Translations under genes and position numbers: made by a program
Shown: in pieces, positions 1 through 8,963 of the stretch
Position numbering within the stretch: the first letter of the stretch is position 1
Layout of the letters: each line of letters starts with the position of its first letter
The notes under the pieces: generated by a model
Seen by the model: the letters and a program-made list of their open reading frames with translations, nothing else
The model's database searches: none
What the model was told of the DNA's origin: nothing
Origin: Candidatus Latescibacterota bacterium
GTDB taxonomy: Bacteria; Latescibacterota; UBA2968; UBA8231
DNA: 64,000 bases
Reading direction: 5' to 3'
NCBI GenBank assembly: GCA_965242865.1
Contig: CBDETK010000013.1
Location: 480,001 to 544,000 of the forward strand

Positions 1-1
1 A

Positions 2-1297
2 AAGCAGACCCGATTCAAGCGGCTTGCCGTAGCCTTGGGCGCGGTGGCTCTTTTGATGTGGGGCATCATGTATGTTGGATCCCTGCTCACATCGGGCGAG
101 GGGGGCAACGCCCAAGACACCGAGGGCTGGACGCCGCTGCACGAAGCGGCGTGGGTGGATACCTCGGCACCGGCGATGGTACTGCTGGAAAACAGCACCA
201 ACGTAAATGCCCAAGGCACTGAGGGCTGGACGCCGCTGCACGAAGCGGCGGCAGCGGATGCTGTGGCGACAGCGACGGTGCTGCTGGAAAACGGTGCCGA
301 CGTAAACGCCCAAAACCTCAAAGACCGGACGCCGCTGCACGAAGCGGCGGCAGCGGATGCTGTGGCGACAGCGACGGTGCTGCTAGACAACGGAGCCGAC
401 GTAAACGCCCAAGACTACACGGACCATACGCCGCTGCACGGAGCGGCGCGGACGGATGCTGTGGCGACGGCGACGGTGCTGCTGGAAAACGGTGCCGACG
501 TAAACGCCCAAAACCTCAAAGACCGGACGCCGCTGCACCTAGCGGCGATAAAGGATGCTGTGGCGATGGCGGCGGTGCTGCTGGAAAACGGCGCCAACGT
601 AAATGCCCAAGACCTCAAAGACCGGACGCCGCTGCACCTAGCGGCGATAAAGGATGCTGTGGCGATGGCGGCGGTGCTGCTGGAAAACGGCGCCAACGTC
701 AACGCCCAAGCCAATAGGGACCAGACGCCGCTACACGAAGCGGCGCGGATGGATGCGGCGGCGGCGGCGGTGCTGCTGTTGGACAACGGTGCCGACGTAA
801 ATGCCCAAGACCACACGGACCAGACGCCGCTGCACGAAGCGGCACCAGCGGATGCTGTGGAGGCAACGGCGGTGCTGTTGGACAACGGTGCCGACGTAAA
901 TGCCCAAGACCACACGGACCGGACGCCCCTGTACCACGCGGCGGCAGCGGATGCTGTGGCGGCGGCGGCGGTGCTGCTGGAAAACGGTGCCAACGTCAAC
1001 GCCAAAAACATCAGGGGCCGGACGCCGCTACACGAAGCGGCGCGGACGGATGCTGTGGCGGCGGCGGCGGTGCTGCTGGACAATGATGCCAACGTAAACG
1101 CCCAAGCCAATAGGGACTGGACGCCGCTACACGAAGCGGCGGCAGCGGATGCTGTGGCGGCGGCGATGGTGCTGCTGGAAAACGGTGCCAACGTCAACGC
1201 CCAAGACACCGAGGGCTGGACGCCCCTGCACTGGGCGGAGTTTAAGAATGCGGCGGCGACAGCAGAGGTGTTGCGCCGCTACGGGGGGCGAAAGTGA
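2..1297 (+). CDS. Ankyrin-repeat protein with N-terminal membrane anchor (5' end outside the window), 12 repeats
   Basis: Twelve 33-aa TPLH-x-AA...LLENGAxVNA units. The frame is open from base 2 (KQTRFKRLAVALG), matching the leader of the next two paralogs. Confidence 0.95.
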   Translation, partial: KQTRFKRLAVALGAVALLMWGIMYVGSLLTSGEGGNAQDTEGWTPLHEAAWVDTSAPAMVLLENSTNVNAQGTEGWTPLHEAAAADAVATATVLLENGADVNAQNLKDRTPLHEAAAADAVATATVLLDNGADVNAQDYTDHTPLHGAARTDAVATATVLLENGADVNAQNLKDRTPLHLAAIKDAVAMAAVLLENGANVNAQDLKDRTPLHLAAIKDAVAMAAVLLENGANVNAQANRDQTPLHEAARMDAAAAAVLLLDNGADVNAQDHTDQTPLHEAAPADAVEATAVLLDNGADVNAQDHTDRTPLYHAAAADAVAAAAVLLENGANVNAKNIRGRTPLHEAARTDAVAAAAVLLDNDANVNAQANRDWTPLHEAAAADAVAAAMVLLENGANVNAQDTEGWTPLHWAEFKNAAATAEVLRRYGGRK

Positions 1298-1308
1298 AAG
1301 GAAAACCA

Positions 1309-2343
1309 ATGAAAAGCGTGGAGCAGGATGCGCCACCACAGGAGCAGCCAAAGCAGAGCCAATTTAAGCGGCTTGCCGTAGCCTTGGGCGTGGTTGCTCT
1401 CTTGGTGGGGGGCATCATGTATGTTGGATCCCTTGTAAAAGCCGAAAACACCGAGGGCTGGACGCCCCTGCACTGGGCGGCAGCGACGGATGCGACGACG
1501 GATGCGACGGTGACGGCGGCGGTGCTGCTGGAAAACGGCGCCAACGTCAACGCCAAAAACACCGAGGGCTGGACGCCCCTGCACTGGGCGGCGACGACGG
1601 ATGCTGTGGCGGCGGCGGCGGTGCTGCTGGAAAACGGCGCTGACGTCAACGCCGAAAACACCGAGGGCTGGACGCCCCTGCACTGGGCGGCGGCGGCGGA
1701 TGCGGTGGCAATGGCGGCGGTGCTGCTGGAAAACGGCGCTGACGTAAACGCCAAAAACAACAGGGACCGGACGCCCCTGCACGAAGCGGCGTGGGTGGAT
1801 ACCTCGGCGACAGCGGCGGTGCTGCTGGAAAACGGCGCTGACGTAAACGCCAAAAACATCAGGGGCCGGACGCCGCTACACATGACGGCCCGAAGGGATG
1901 GGGCGGTGACGGCGGTGGTGTTGCTGGAAAACGGCGCCAACGTCAATGCCCAAGACCACACGGACCGGACGCCCCTGCACGAAGCGGCGGTAGCGGATGG
2001 GGCGGCGACAGCGGCGGTGTTGCTGGAAAACGGCGCCAACGTCAACGCCCAAGACCACACGGACCGGACGCCCCTGCACGAAGCGGCGGTAGCGGATGGG
2101 GCGGCGACAGCGGCGGTGTTGCTGGAAAACGGCGCCAACGTCAATGCCCAAGACCACACGGACCGGACGCCCCTGCACGAAGCGGCGGTAGCGGATGGGG
2201 CGGCGACAGCGGCGGTGTTGCTGGAAAACGGCGCCAACGTCAACGCCCAAGACGTCGAGGGCTGGACACCGCTGACCTGGGCGGAGTTTAAGAACGCCGC
2301 GGCGACAGCGGAAGTATTGCGCCGCTACGGGGGGCGAAAGTGA
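1309..2343 (+). CDS. Ankyrin-repeat protein, 9 repeats, N-terminal TM helix
   Basis: TPLH repeats, hydrophobic LAVALGVVALLVGGIMYV segment, AAAGGAA RBS before ATG 1309. Confidence 0.95.
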   Translation: MKSVEQDAPPQEQPKQSQFKRLAVALGVVALLVGGIMYVGSLVKAENTEGWTPLHWAAATDATTDATVTAAVLLENGANVNAKNTEGWTPLHWAATTDAVAAAAVLLENGADVNAENTEGWTPLHWAAAADAVAMAAVLLENGADVNAKNNRDRTPLHEAAWVDTSATAAVLLENGADVNAKNIRGRTPLHMTARRDGAVTAVVLLENGANVNAQDHTDRTPLHEAAVADGAATAAVLLENGANVNAQDHTDRTPLHEAAVADGAATAAVLLENGANVNAQDHTDRTPLHEAAVADGAATAAVLLENGANVNAQDVEGWTPLTWAEFKNAAATAEVLRRYGGRK

Positions 2344-2354
2344 AAGGAAAACCA

Positions 2355-3188
2355 ATGGAAAGCGTGGAGCAGAATGCGCCACCACAGGAGCAGCCAAAGC
2401 AGAGCCAATTTAAGCGGCTTACCGTAGCCTTAGGCGTGGTTGCTCTCTTGGTGGTGGGCATCGTATATGTTGGATCCCTTGTAAAAGCCCAAGACACCGA
2501 AAACACCGAGACCTGGACGCCCCTGCACTGGGCGGCGCATCAGGATTCTTCTGCAAAGGCGATGGTGCTGCTGGACAGCAGTGCGGACGTCAACGCTCAA
2601 GACCACGAGGACCGGACGCCCCTGCACTACGCAGCGACAGCGGATGCCGTTGCGATGGCCAAGGTGCTGATAGAAAACGGCGCCAACGTAAACGCCAAAA
2701 ACAACTATGATCGGACGCCCCTGCACGAAGCGATATATAAGAATGCCGTTGCGACGGCCAAGGTGCTGATAGAAAACGGCGCCAACGTAAATGTCAAAAG
2801 CGATGTGGACCGGACCCCCCTGCACGAAGCGGCGTGGGTGAATGCCGCAGTGCTGGCGACGGTGCTGCTGGAAAACGGAGCGGAGGTAAATGCCAAAGAT
2901 ATAGAGGGCCAGACGCCCCTGCATTGGGCGGCAATGACGGATGCTACGGCGACAGCGGAGGTGTTGCTAGAGAACGGGGCGGACATAAGCCCCAAAGATA
3001 TAGAGGGGTGGACGCCCCTGCATCGGGCGGCGACGAAGGATGCCTCGGCACTGGCGACGGTACTGCTGGAAAACGGGGCGGAGGTAAACCCTAAAGACAA
3101 CGAGGGGTGGACGCCGCTGACGTGGGCGGAGTTTAAGAGTGCCACGGCGACAGTGGAGGTGTTGAGCCGGTATGGGGGGCAAAAGTAA
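2355..3188 (+). CDS. Ankyrin-repeat protein, 7 repeats, N-terminal TM helix
   Basis: Same leader and similar C-cap (WAEFK...RYGGxK) as the two upstream genes; ATG 2355 with the same RBS. Confidence 0.95.
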   Translation: MESVEQNAPPQEQPKQSQFKRLTVALGVVALLVVGIVYVGSLVKAQDTENTETWTPLHWAAHQDSSAKAMVLLDSSADVNAQDHEDRTPLHYAATADAVAMAKVLIENGANVNAKNNYDRTPLHEAIYKNAVATAKVLIENGANVNVKSDVDRTPLHEAAWVNAAVLATVLLENGAEVNAKDIEGQTPLHWAAMTDATATAEVLLENGADISPKDIEGWTPLHRAATKDASALATVLLENGAEVNPKDNEGWTPLTWAEFKSATATVEVLSRYGGQK

Positions 3189-3281
3189 GGGGACGCAGCA
3201 TTGCCGACCATGGCTTGCCCACCGCGGGTTGGCGGCGTAAATGGGCGGAGACCGCGTCGCCCAGCCGAATAGGAGAGGTTT

Positions 3282-3974
3282 ATGAGTGAGGACCAGCAGC
3301 ATCGTTTGGCTCTGCCGCAGGGGACGCGCATTCGGGACTTTGAGTTTCACCGCATCCTCGGCCACGGCGGCTTTGGCATGACCTATTTGGGCTGGAATCT
3401 GGCCTTGGATATTCCGGTGGCGATCAAGGAGTATCTGCCGGGCGACTTGGCTACCCGCGAACAAGACCTGTCCGTCGTCCCGCAGTCGTCGCAGGCCGCG
3501 TCGGACTTTCAATGGGGCTTGGAGCGGTTTCTGGACGAAGCCCGCACACTGGCGCGGTTCCAACATCCCAACATCGTCCGCGTCCATCACTTCTTTGAAG
3601 CGCATAGCACGGCCTATATCGCCATGGATTATGTCGAGGGCGAGACCTTGTCGGCGCATATCGAGCGCAAGGGGTCGCTGAGCGAAACGGAAATCAAAGG
3701 GATTCTGTATCCGCTGCTGAGTGCCTTGGAGGTGGTGCATGGGGCGGATTTTTTGCACCGGGACATCAAGCCGGGGAACATCGTCCTGCGGGATTCGGAT
3801 GGTTCGCCGGTGTTGCTGGACTTTGGGGCGGCGCGGCAGGCGATTGGGGCGAAGAGCCGGTCGGTTACGTCGATTGTGACGCCGGGGTATGCGCCGATTG
3901 AACAGTATTCGAGCCGGGGGCGTCTTGTAGGTATAGGTATGGGGACCATGAGTTTGGGCCTTCTTGCCTGTTGA
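3282..3974 (+). pseudogene. Hanks-type Ser/Thr protein kinase, C-terminally truncated
   Basis: GHGGFG, VAIKE, HRDIKPGN, DFG and TPGYAPIEQ are present. Similarity stops at about 3920 and subdomains IX-XI are absent. Confidence 0.85.
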
Positions 3975-4003
3975 CCGCCAGCCAGAACGTACCCGGAGAA
4001 ATT

Positions 4004-5629
4004 ATGAACAAACAACACCTGTTTTTCGTCGCGTATCTCACAATAGCTTGGCTCCTTTGCACAAGCTCGGTATCGGCGCAAATAGATGTGGATGTCGTCT
4101 CCGAAAGCGTCGTGCGGGTGCGCGCATACCACGATCACAAAGTTGCGGTTGAAGGAAGCGGTTTCGTCGTCGATGAACAGGGATACGTGCTGACGAATGC
4201 CCATCTCATCGCAAAAGCCGAAGGCTTGACCGTATTGTCCCTGAAAACCGGGGCCGAGCTCGTGGCACAACAGGTGTTTGCCAGCCGCGCCATGAATTTG
4301 GCCCTGTTGCACGTACAGGGCTTGAACCTGCCGCCCCTCCGCTTGTCCGGGCAGGGAGCCGCCGTAGGCCGCGCCGTGCAAACGCTGCAATTCGACGCGG
4401 CCGGAAAGATTCGGCTTGCTCGCGGGACGATTGGTGCCTACCAAGACCTCCGCGGCAAAAAAGCAAGCCATCCGGTAGCCCACCTGCTACAACACAACGC
4501 TCTGATAACGGCCCAAGCCTTCGGCATGCCCCTGCTCAACGAATGCGGCGACGTCGTCGCCATCAACCTGCCCGACCCGAGCCGCGGCTCGTGGCCGTTT
4601 CGCAAGGCAAAATCGCACGGAGCCATTTTTGCCCTGCGTAGCGGCGACATAATAGCCGCGCTCAAAGACCGAGAAATCGCCCATACCGTAGTGGAAGCCG
4701 AATGCCTGAGTGCGGTTGAGCGCGCTGAACGCGACAGAAAAGCGACCGCCGACAGCCTCCAAGCGGCCAAGGCGAAAGCTGACTCGGCCAGCCAAGCCGC
4801 AGAAAAGGCGCAAGCCCAGGCCGATGCCGCCAGCCAAGCCGCAAAAAAGGCCAAGGCCAAAGAGAAGGTCGCGCAGCGGGCCAAAGCGCGCGCCGATTCC
4901 GCAGAAAAAGCAGTGGCCGACAGCCTCCAAGCGGCTAGGGCAACCGCCGACAGCCTCAAGAGGGCGCAAGCACGCGCCGATTCCGCGAGTAAGGCAGCAG
5001 CCGACAGCCTCAAGATCGCGAAGGCCAAAGCTGATTCCGCGAGCAAGGCGACCGCCGACAGCCTCAAGGCCGCCCAAGCCCACGCCGACAGCCTCCAAGC
5101 GGTGGAAGCAAAGGCCGCGCAACAGTTGCAGTGGGGCCTTGCTGCGGGCGCGGGGCTGGTGCTGCTCGCCCTGCTCGGTTGGTGGCTTTCCGCGCGGCGC
5201 AAACAGGAGCAATTACAGCAAGCCGAGTCCCGCTTGAGCGAAGCCGAACATTCGGCTGAAGCCGCGCACCAAGCCGCGGCCAATGCCCCGCAACCCGCGC
5301 CTTTTAGATGTCTGTTGGAAGGCCAAGACCCCACGGGCCGGCCATTCGCCTTGACCCTATCGGCCTTGGCCTTGAGCGAGCGGGCCGGGGTGACGCTCGG
5401 AAGAAGCCCGGCCAACGCCGAATTTATCATTGACCACGAAGAGGTTTCCCGCGAACACGTCCGGCTGAGGTGTGCCGACGGCGAACTCTACGCCGAAGAT
5501 TTGAATGCCCTGAATGGCACCAAGGTAAACGGACGCCTGCTCAACCCCCGCCAACAGGTCCTGCTGCAAAACAACGATCGCCTCGAAGTCGGCCCCATCG
5601 TTTTTGTCGTGCGCTTGGTGCAGGAGTGA
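4004..5629 (+). CDS. Signal peptide + degenerate trypsin-like domain + Ala/Lys ADS-repeat stalk + TM + FHA domain
   Basis: GSGFVV and TNAH motifs, ADSL repeats, TM WGLAAGAGLVLLALLGWWL, FHA motifs LGR..VSREH..DLNALNGT; GGAGA RBS before ATG 4004. Confidence 0.85.
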   Translation: MNKQHLFFVAYLTIAWLLCTSSVSAQIDVDVVSESVVRVRAYHDHKVAVEGSGFVVDEQGYVLTNAHLIAKAEGLTVLSLKTGAELVAQQVFASRAMNLALLHVQGLNLPPLRLSGQGAAVGRAVQTLQFDAAGKIRLARGTIGAYQDLRGKKASHPVAHLLQHNALITAQAFGMPLLNECGDVVAINLPDPSRGSWPFRKAKSHGAIFALRSGDIIAALKDREIAHTVVEAECLSAVERAERDRKATADSLQAAKAKADSASQAAEKAQAQADAASQAAKKAKAKEKVAQRAKARADSAEKAVADSLQAARATADSLKRAQARADSASKAAADSLKIAKAKADSASKATADSLKAAQAHADSLQAVEAKAAQQLQWGLAAGAGLVLLALLGWWLSARRKQEQLQQAESRLSEAEHSAEAAHQAAANAPQPAPFRCLLEGQDPTGRPFALTLSALALSERAGVTLGRSPANAEFIIDHEEVSREHVRLRCADGELYAEDLNALNGTKVNGRLLNPRQQVLLQNNDRLEVGPIVFVVRLVQE

Positions 5630-5632
5630 ACA

Positions 5633-6937
5633 TTGCACCGCTTCAGACGCTGGGGTCTAGTCTTTTTTCTGCTCGTACTACTGCCGCGCTGCGCCGTGGC
5701 CGCGCCCGACTTTGACGCGCTCGAAAAGAGCGTGGTACGCCTCGTCCGGCAGACCGACCAAGGGCTTAGTGCTGGCACGGGATTTGCCATAAACGACCAA
5801 GGCCATATTGCGACCAACGTCCACGTCATCGCCGATGCCCACGCAATCCAAGCCATCCCGACCAACGCCAACGCCCTGCACGACGTGGAAGTAATCGCCA
5901 CGTCCCCAGAACTCGACCTCGCAATCGCCTATATCCCCGACCTAACCCTGCCGCCGCTCACGCTGTCGCTCGCCTCCGCCACAAAAGGGCAGAAGGTATG
6001 GGCCATAGGCTACCCCGGTGGGGCGGACCGCAACAAACTGGCGCACGACCCGACCGTGCAAGACGGCGTCATTGGGCGGATTTTTTCGGGCGCGTGGCAC
6101 ACCCAACAACTCAGAATTATCCAGCACAACGCGCCGACCAACCCGGGCAACAGCGGCGGCCCCCTATTGGACGATTGCAGCCGGGCCATCGGCGTCAATA
6201 CGCAGGCGTCGCTCGTGGTCATTAGCAGCCCGTCGAGCGGGCCGACGCGCGTGCCCCATGCCGCGGGCATTTACTGGTCCTCGCACATCGAGGAGTTGAC
6301 AACCCTGTTGGACGACCACGGCATTGCCTTCCAAGCGGACAGCGACGATTGTGTGGCGGCTGGGGGCACGGGGGGTGCGGGCAGTTCGGGCGCGGCGGAA
6401 AAGGCGCGGCGAGAAGCGGAAAAAGCGCGGCGCGAGGCCGAAGAAGCGAGCGATCGGTTTCTCGTCTGGCTGCTGTTGTTGAGTGGGGTCGCCTTGGTCG
6501 CCTTGGTCGTGGCCTTAAAGAAGCCGCGCCAGTTCGCCCAGCAGACCTTGGAGAAGCCGCGCCAGTTCGCCCAACACATCAGTCGGCGCGTGACCCGAAG
6601 GGAAGGGGCGGTTCGCGGCATCGCGCTGGCTGGTTTTGACGGGCGCGGCCACCGCGTCTGCATTGAGTTGTCGCCCGCCCAATTTGCCGGTCAACGCTTG
6701 GGGCTTTCGCTCGGCCGGCATCCCGAGTTGGTCGATGAAGTCGTAGCGGATGAAAACGTATCCCGACGGCACCTGCGAATCGCAGCTACGGGCGATCAAT
6801 TTTACGTCGAAGATTTGAACTCCAGCAACGGGACGTTTCTGAACGAGCAACGCCTAGTGCCCTTTAAGCCGGCGCGGTTGAATTACGGGGCCACCGTCGC
6901 GTTGGGCAATTTGGTCCTCATGGCGTCCAAACTTTAG
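5633..6937 (+). CDS. Trypsin-like serine protease + TM + FHA domain
   Basis: Complete triad TNVH / DLAI / GNSGGP, TM FLVWLLLLSGVALVALVVAL, FHA LGR..VSRRH..DLNSSNGT. Confidence 0.9.
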   Translation: MHRFRRWGLVFFLLVLLPRCAVAAPDFDALEKSVVRLVRQTDQGLSAGTGFAINDQGHIATNVHVIADAHAIQAIPTNANALHDVEVIATSPELDLAIAYIPDLTLPPLTLSLASATKGQKVWAIGYPGGADRNKLAHDPTVQDGVIGRIFSGAWHTQQLRIIQHNAPTNPGNSGGPLLDDCSRAIGVNTQASLVVISSPSSGPTRVPHAAGIYWSSHIEELTTLLDDHGIAFQADSDDCVAAGGTGGAGSSGAAEKARREAEKARREAEEASDRFLVWLLLLSGVALVALVVALKKPRQFAQQTLEKPRQFAQHISRRVTRREGAVRGIALAGFDGRGHRVCIELSPAQFAGQRLGLSLGRHPELVDEVVADENVSRRHLRIAATGDQFYVEDLNSSNGTFLNEQRLVPFKPARLNYGATVALGNLVLMASKL

Positions 6938-6948
6938 GGGTATTGGGC

Positions 6949-7836
6949 GTGAAAAAGCGCAGCCGCGAGCTCAACATCTTTAGCATGTCCGCGCTCGACC
7001 TGTTCGCCTCGGCTCTCGGTGCCTTCATCCTCATTACCATCGTGCTGCTGCCCTTTTTTCCGAATCTAAATCTGTCGGGGCATGAAAAGGCCGAGTTGGA
7101 GCAGGCCAAGGCCGAGTTGGAGCAGGCCAAGGCCGAGCTAGAAAAAGAAAAAGCCAAGCAGGCCAAGCTGGCGAGAGAGAAGGCCAGATTAGAGCGCGAG
7201 AAAGCCGAGCTGGAGCGGGCCAAGGCCAAAGCCCCGAAAACAAAAAGTCAGCTCGAAAAACGGGTGGAGGCTTTGCAACAGGAGATCGACGACACCACCG
7301 TTTTATTGGGCATTAAGACCAAGGCGAAAAAGTTCGCGTTTGTCATAGACATGTCGGGCAGCATTTACCAGCCATCGCACAACGATTATCGCCCGTTCAT
7401 AACATTATCCATCCAAGACATGCTCGCGGCCTTTACGTCGGAAATAGAGGTCTGTCTCATTGGTTTTCAAGGCTCGAATACGTTGCACTATTGGCCGCAA
7501 AGCAGAGGGTACTTTCAGGTAAAAAAGAATACGCGCAATCGCGTGGTCAAACAGGTGGAACGCTGGATGAGCTTGGTGAATGGCGGCACGCCCACGCGCA
7601 CCGCTTTGCTGGCGGCGATTGCATTGCACCCCGAAGAGATCATCCTATTGAGCGATGGCGCTCCCTCAGAGGATTGGAGCATGGTCGTGCGGGCTGTGAC
7701 GGCAGAAAACAGGCGGCGCATACCCATCCACGCCGTAGCCGTTGGTCATTACACGGCAGACCGGAACTTTATTGATTTTTTAGTGCAGCTAACCAAGCGG
7801 AACAAGGGGTATGTCGTGGGAGCTAAACCGGGTTGA
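6949..7836 (+). CDS. Membrane-anchored coiled-coil + VWA domain protein
   Basis: N-terminal SALDLFASALGAFILI anchor, AELEQAK heptads (21-bp tandem repeat 7087-7137), MIDAS DMSGS...GGT...LSDG. Confidence 0.85.
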   Translation: MKKRSRELNIFSMSALDLFASALGAFILITIVLLPFFPNLNLSGHEKAELEQAKAELEQAKAELEKEKAKQAKLAREKARLEREKAELERAKAKAPKTKSQLEKRVEALQQEIDDTTVLLGIKTKAKKFAFVIDMSGSIYQPSHNDYRPFITLSIQDMLAAFTSEIEVCLIGFQGSNTLHYWPQSRGYFQVKKNTRNRVVKQVERWMSLVNGGTPTRTALLAAIALHPEEIILLSDGAPSEDWSMVVRAVTAENRRRIPIHAVAVGHYTADRNFIDFLVQLTKRNKGYVVGAKPG

Positions 7837-7849
7837 TATAGCAATCTTT

Positions 7850-8598
7850 CCGCACGGTGCCCCGTCCGCCCCGGATCGAGCGATACCCCTGCTGTCGTCC
7901 ACTGTCGTTCGCCCAAGGGGCGAGGCCGACCCGCGCGGTCACCTTTTTGCCGCTCCACTGGCCTAATTCCGGCAGATACCCCACCAGCGTCGCCGCGGTC
8001 CGCTCGCCGACGCCCGGTACACTCTGGTATAGGGCCGCCGACGCGGCCAGCGAGCCGTTGTTTTTCAACGCCGCCCGGTGGGCTTCCTCCACCTGTGCAA
8101 TCTCTTCGTCGAGCCACTGGAGATGTCGCTCAATGGAGGTGCGGGCCTCTTCGGTCGGCCCTTTGTCCAGCCGCTGGTGCTCCTGCACCCGCTGTTGAAC
8201 CAACGGCTTACGCCGGCGCAGCAGGTCTTGGAGTTCCTCCCGATCGGCTTCCTTGGCCAACGGGCGCGGCATCGGGAAGACCGCCCCATACCGCGCCAGC
8301 ATATCCGGGCGTCCAAAGCGTCGGTCTTGGCCTGGTGACCGGCTGCCCGCACGAAGCGGCGCACGCGATTGGGGTGTGCTACGTGGACCGCCACCCCCAT
8401 GCGCTGCAACCACCGCACCGCCGCCCGCTCATAGCCCCCCGTCGGTTCGCACACCACCTCGGTCGCCCCCTGACGGGTCAACCATGCCCCCAAAACCGCA
8501 AAGCCCGTGGGGGTGTTCTCGAACCGACGCACCGGACCCGCCGACACCGACACGTCCAAACTCCTCTTGCCTACATCCATACCGGCAATGACTTTCAT
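7850..8598 (-). pseudogene. IS110 DEDD recombinase/transposase, frameshifted and 3'-truncated
   Basis: GMDVGK, CEPTGGYE and AKTDALDA in one frame; SVPGVG, VGLAP..NDSG and IRGGR in another. An extra AT at about 8301-8304 shifts the frame, and the usual C-terminal helices are absent. GGAGG RBS at 8607-8611. Confidence 0.9.
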
Positions 8599-8624
8599 AC
8601 GAATAGCCTCCTGGTTATAATGAT

Positions 8625-8812
8625 GCTGTCCTCCACACTTGTAATGCGGGCCTTGGGCCCCTGTATCCGTTCGGAGCGACAACAGGATGGCCGGGTGAGG
8701 GGTGTCGTACTCCCGCACGGTGCCGCTGTCCACACGGACCGCGCACCCAATGACGCACGACGCGCCCCTCACCCGGCCCCTCAGAGTGGCCAAGCGGAAA
8801 CCCGGCCGCAAC
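8625..8812 (-). ncRNA. Putative IS110 bridge RNA
   Basis: Perfect 14-bp stem 8689-8702/8765-8778 closes a loop with target-matching segments; a second loop has donor-matching segments (8638-8643, 8663-8670). Boundaries approximate. Confidence 0.75.
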
Positions 8813-8817
8813 ATACA

Positions 8818-8880
8818 AATGACCCTTAGAGTAGTCAGGCAAGACGAGACAAAAGCAACATGAGTGTTAAGAACGCTTCT
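8818..8880. repeat. 63-bp intergenic segment, copy 1 (copy 2 at 16081-16143)
   Basis: 57/63 identical by manual alignment. Confidence 0.9.
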
Positions 8881-8963
8881 TATGGTTTTGCCAAAGGTTC
8901 AGTGCCATTCTCGCGCTGTCCCTTGGCGTTTACTTTTTCCATTCCCTGAGGAGGTTACTAATC

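Larger units (their letters stand above)
7850..8817 (-). mobile_element. IS110-family (IS621-like) element, decayed; left end intact, right end missing
   Basis: Transposase remnant plus about 220 bp of structured 5' non-coding end terminating in TGTAT (minus strand) at 8817. Confidence 0.88.

Noticed and set aside
415-3331. Long antisense ORFs over the ankyrin genes
   Set aside because: Mirror frames of repetitive GC-rich coding sequence.
8296-8310. Programmed frameshift in the IS110 gene
   Set aside because: No slippery run; a simple AT duplication explains it, and the gene is also truncated.
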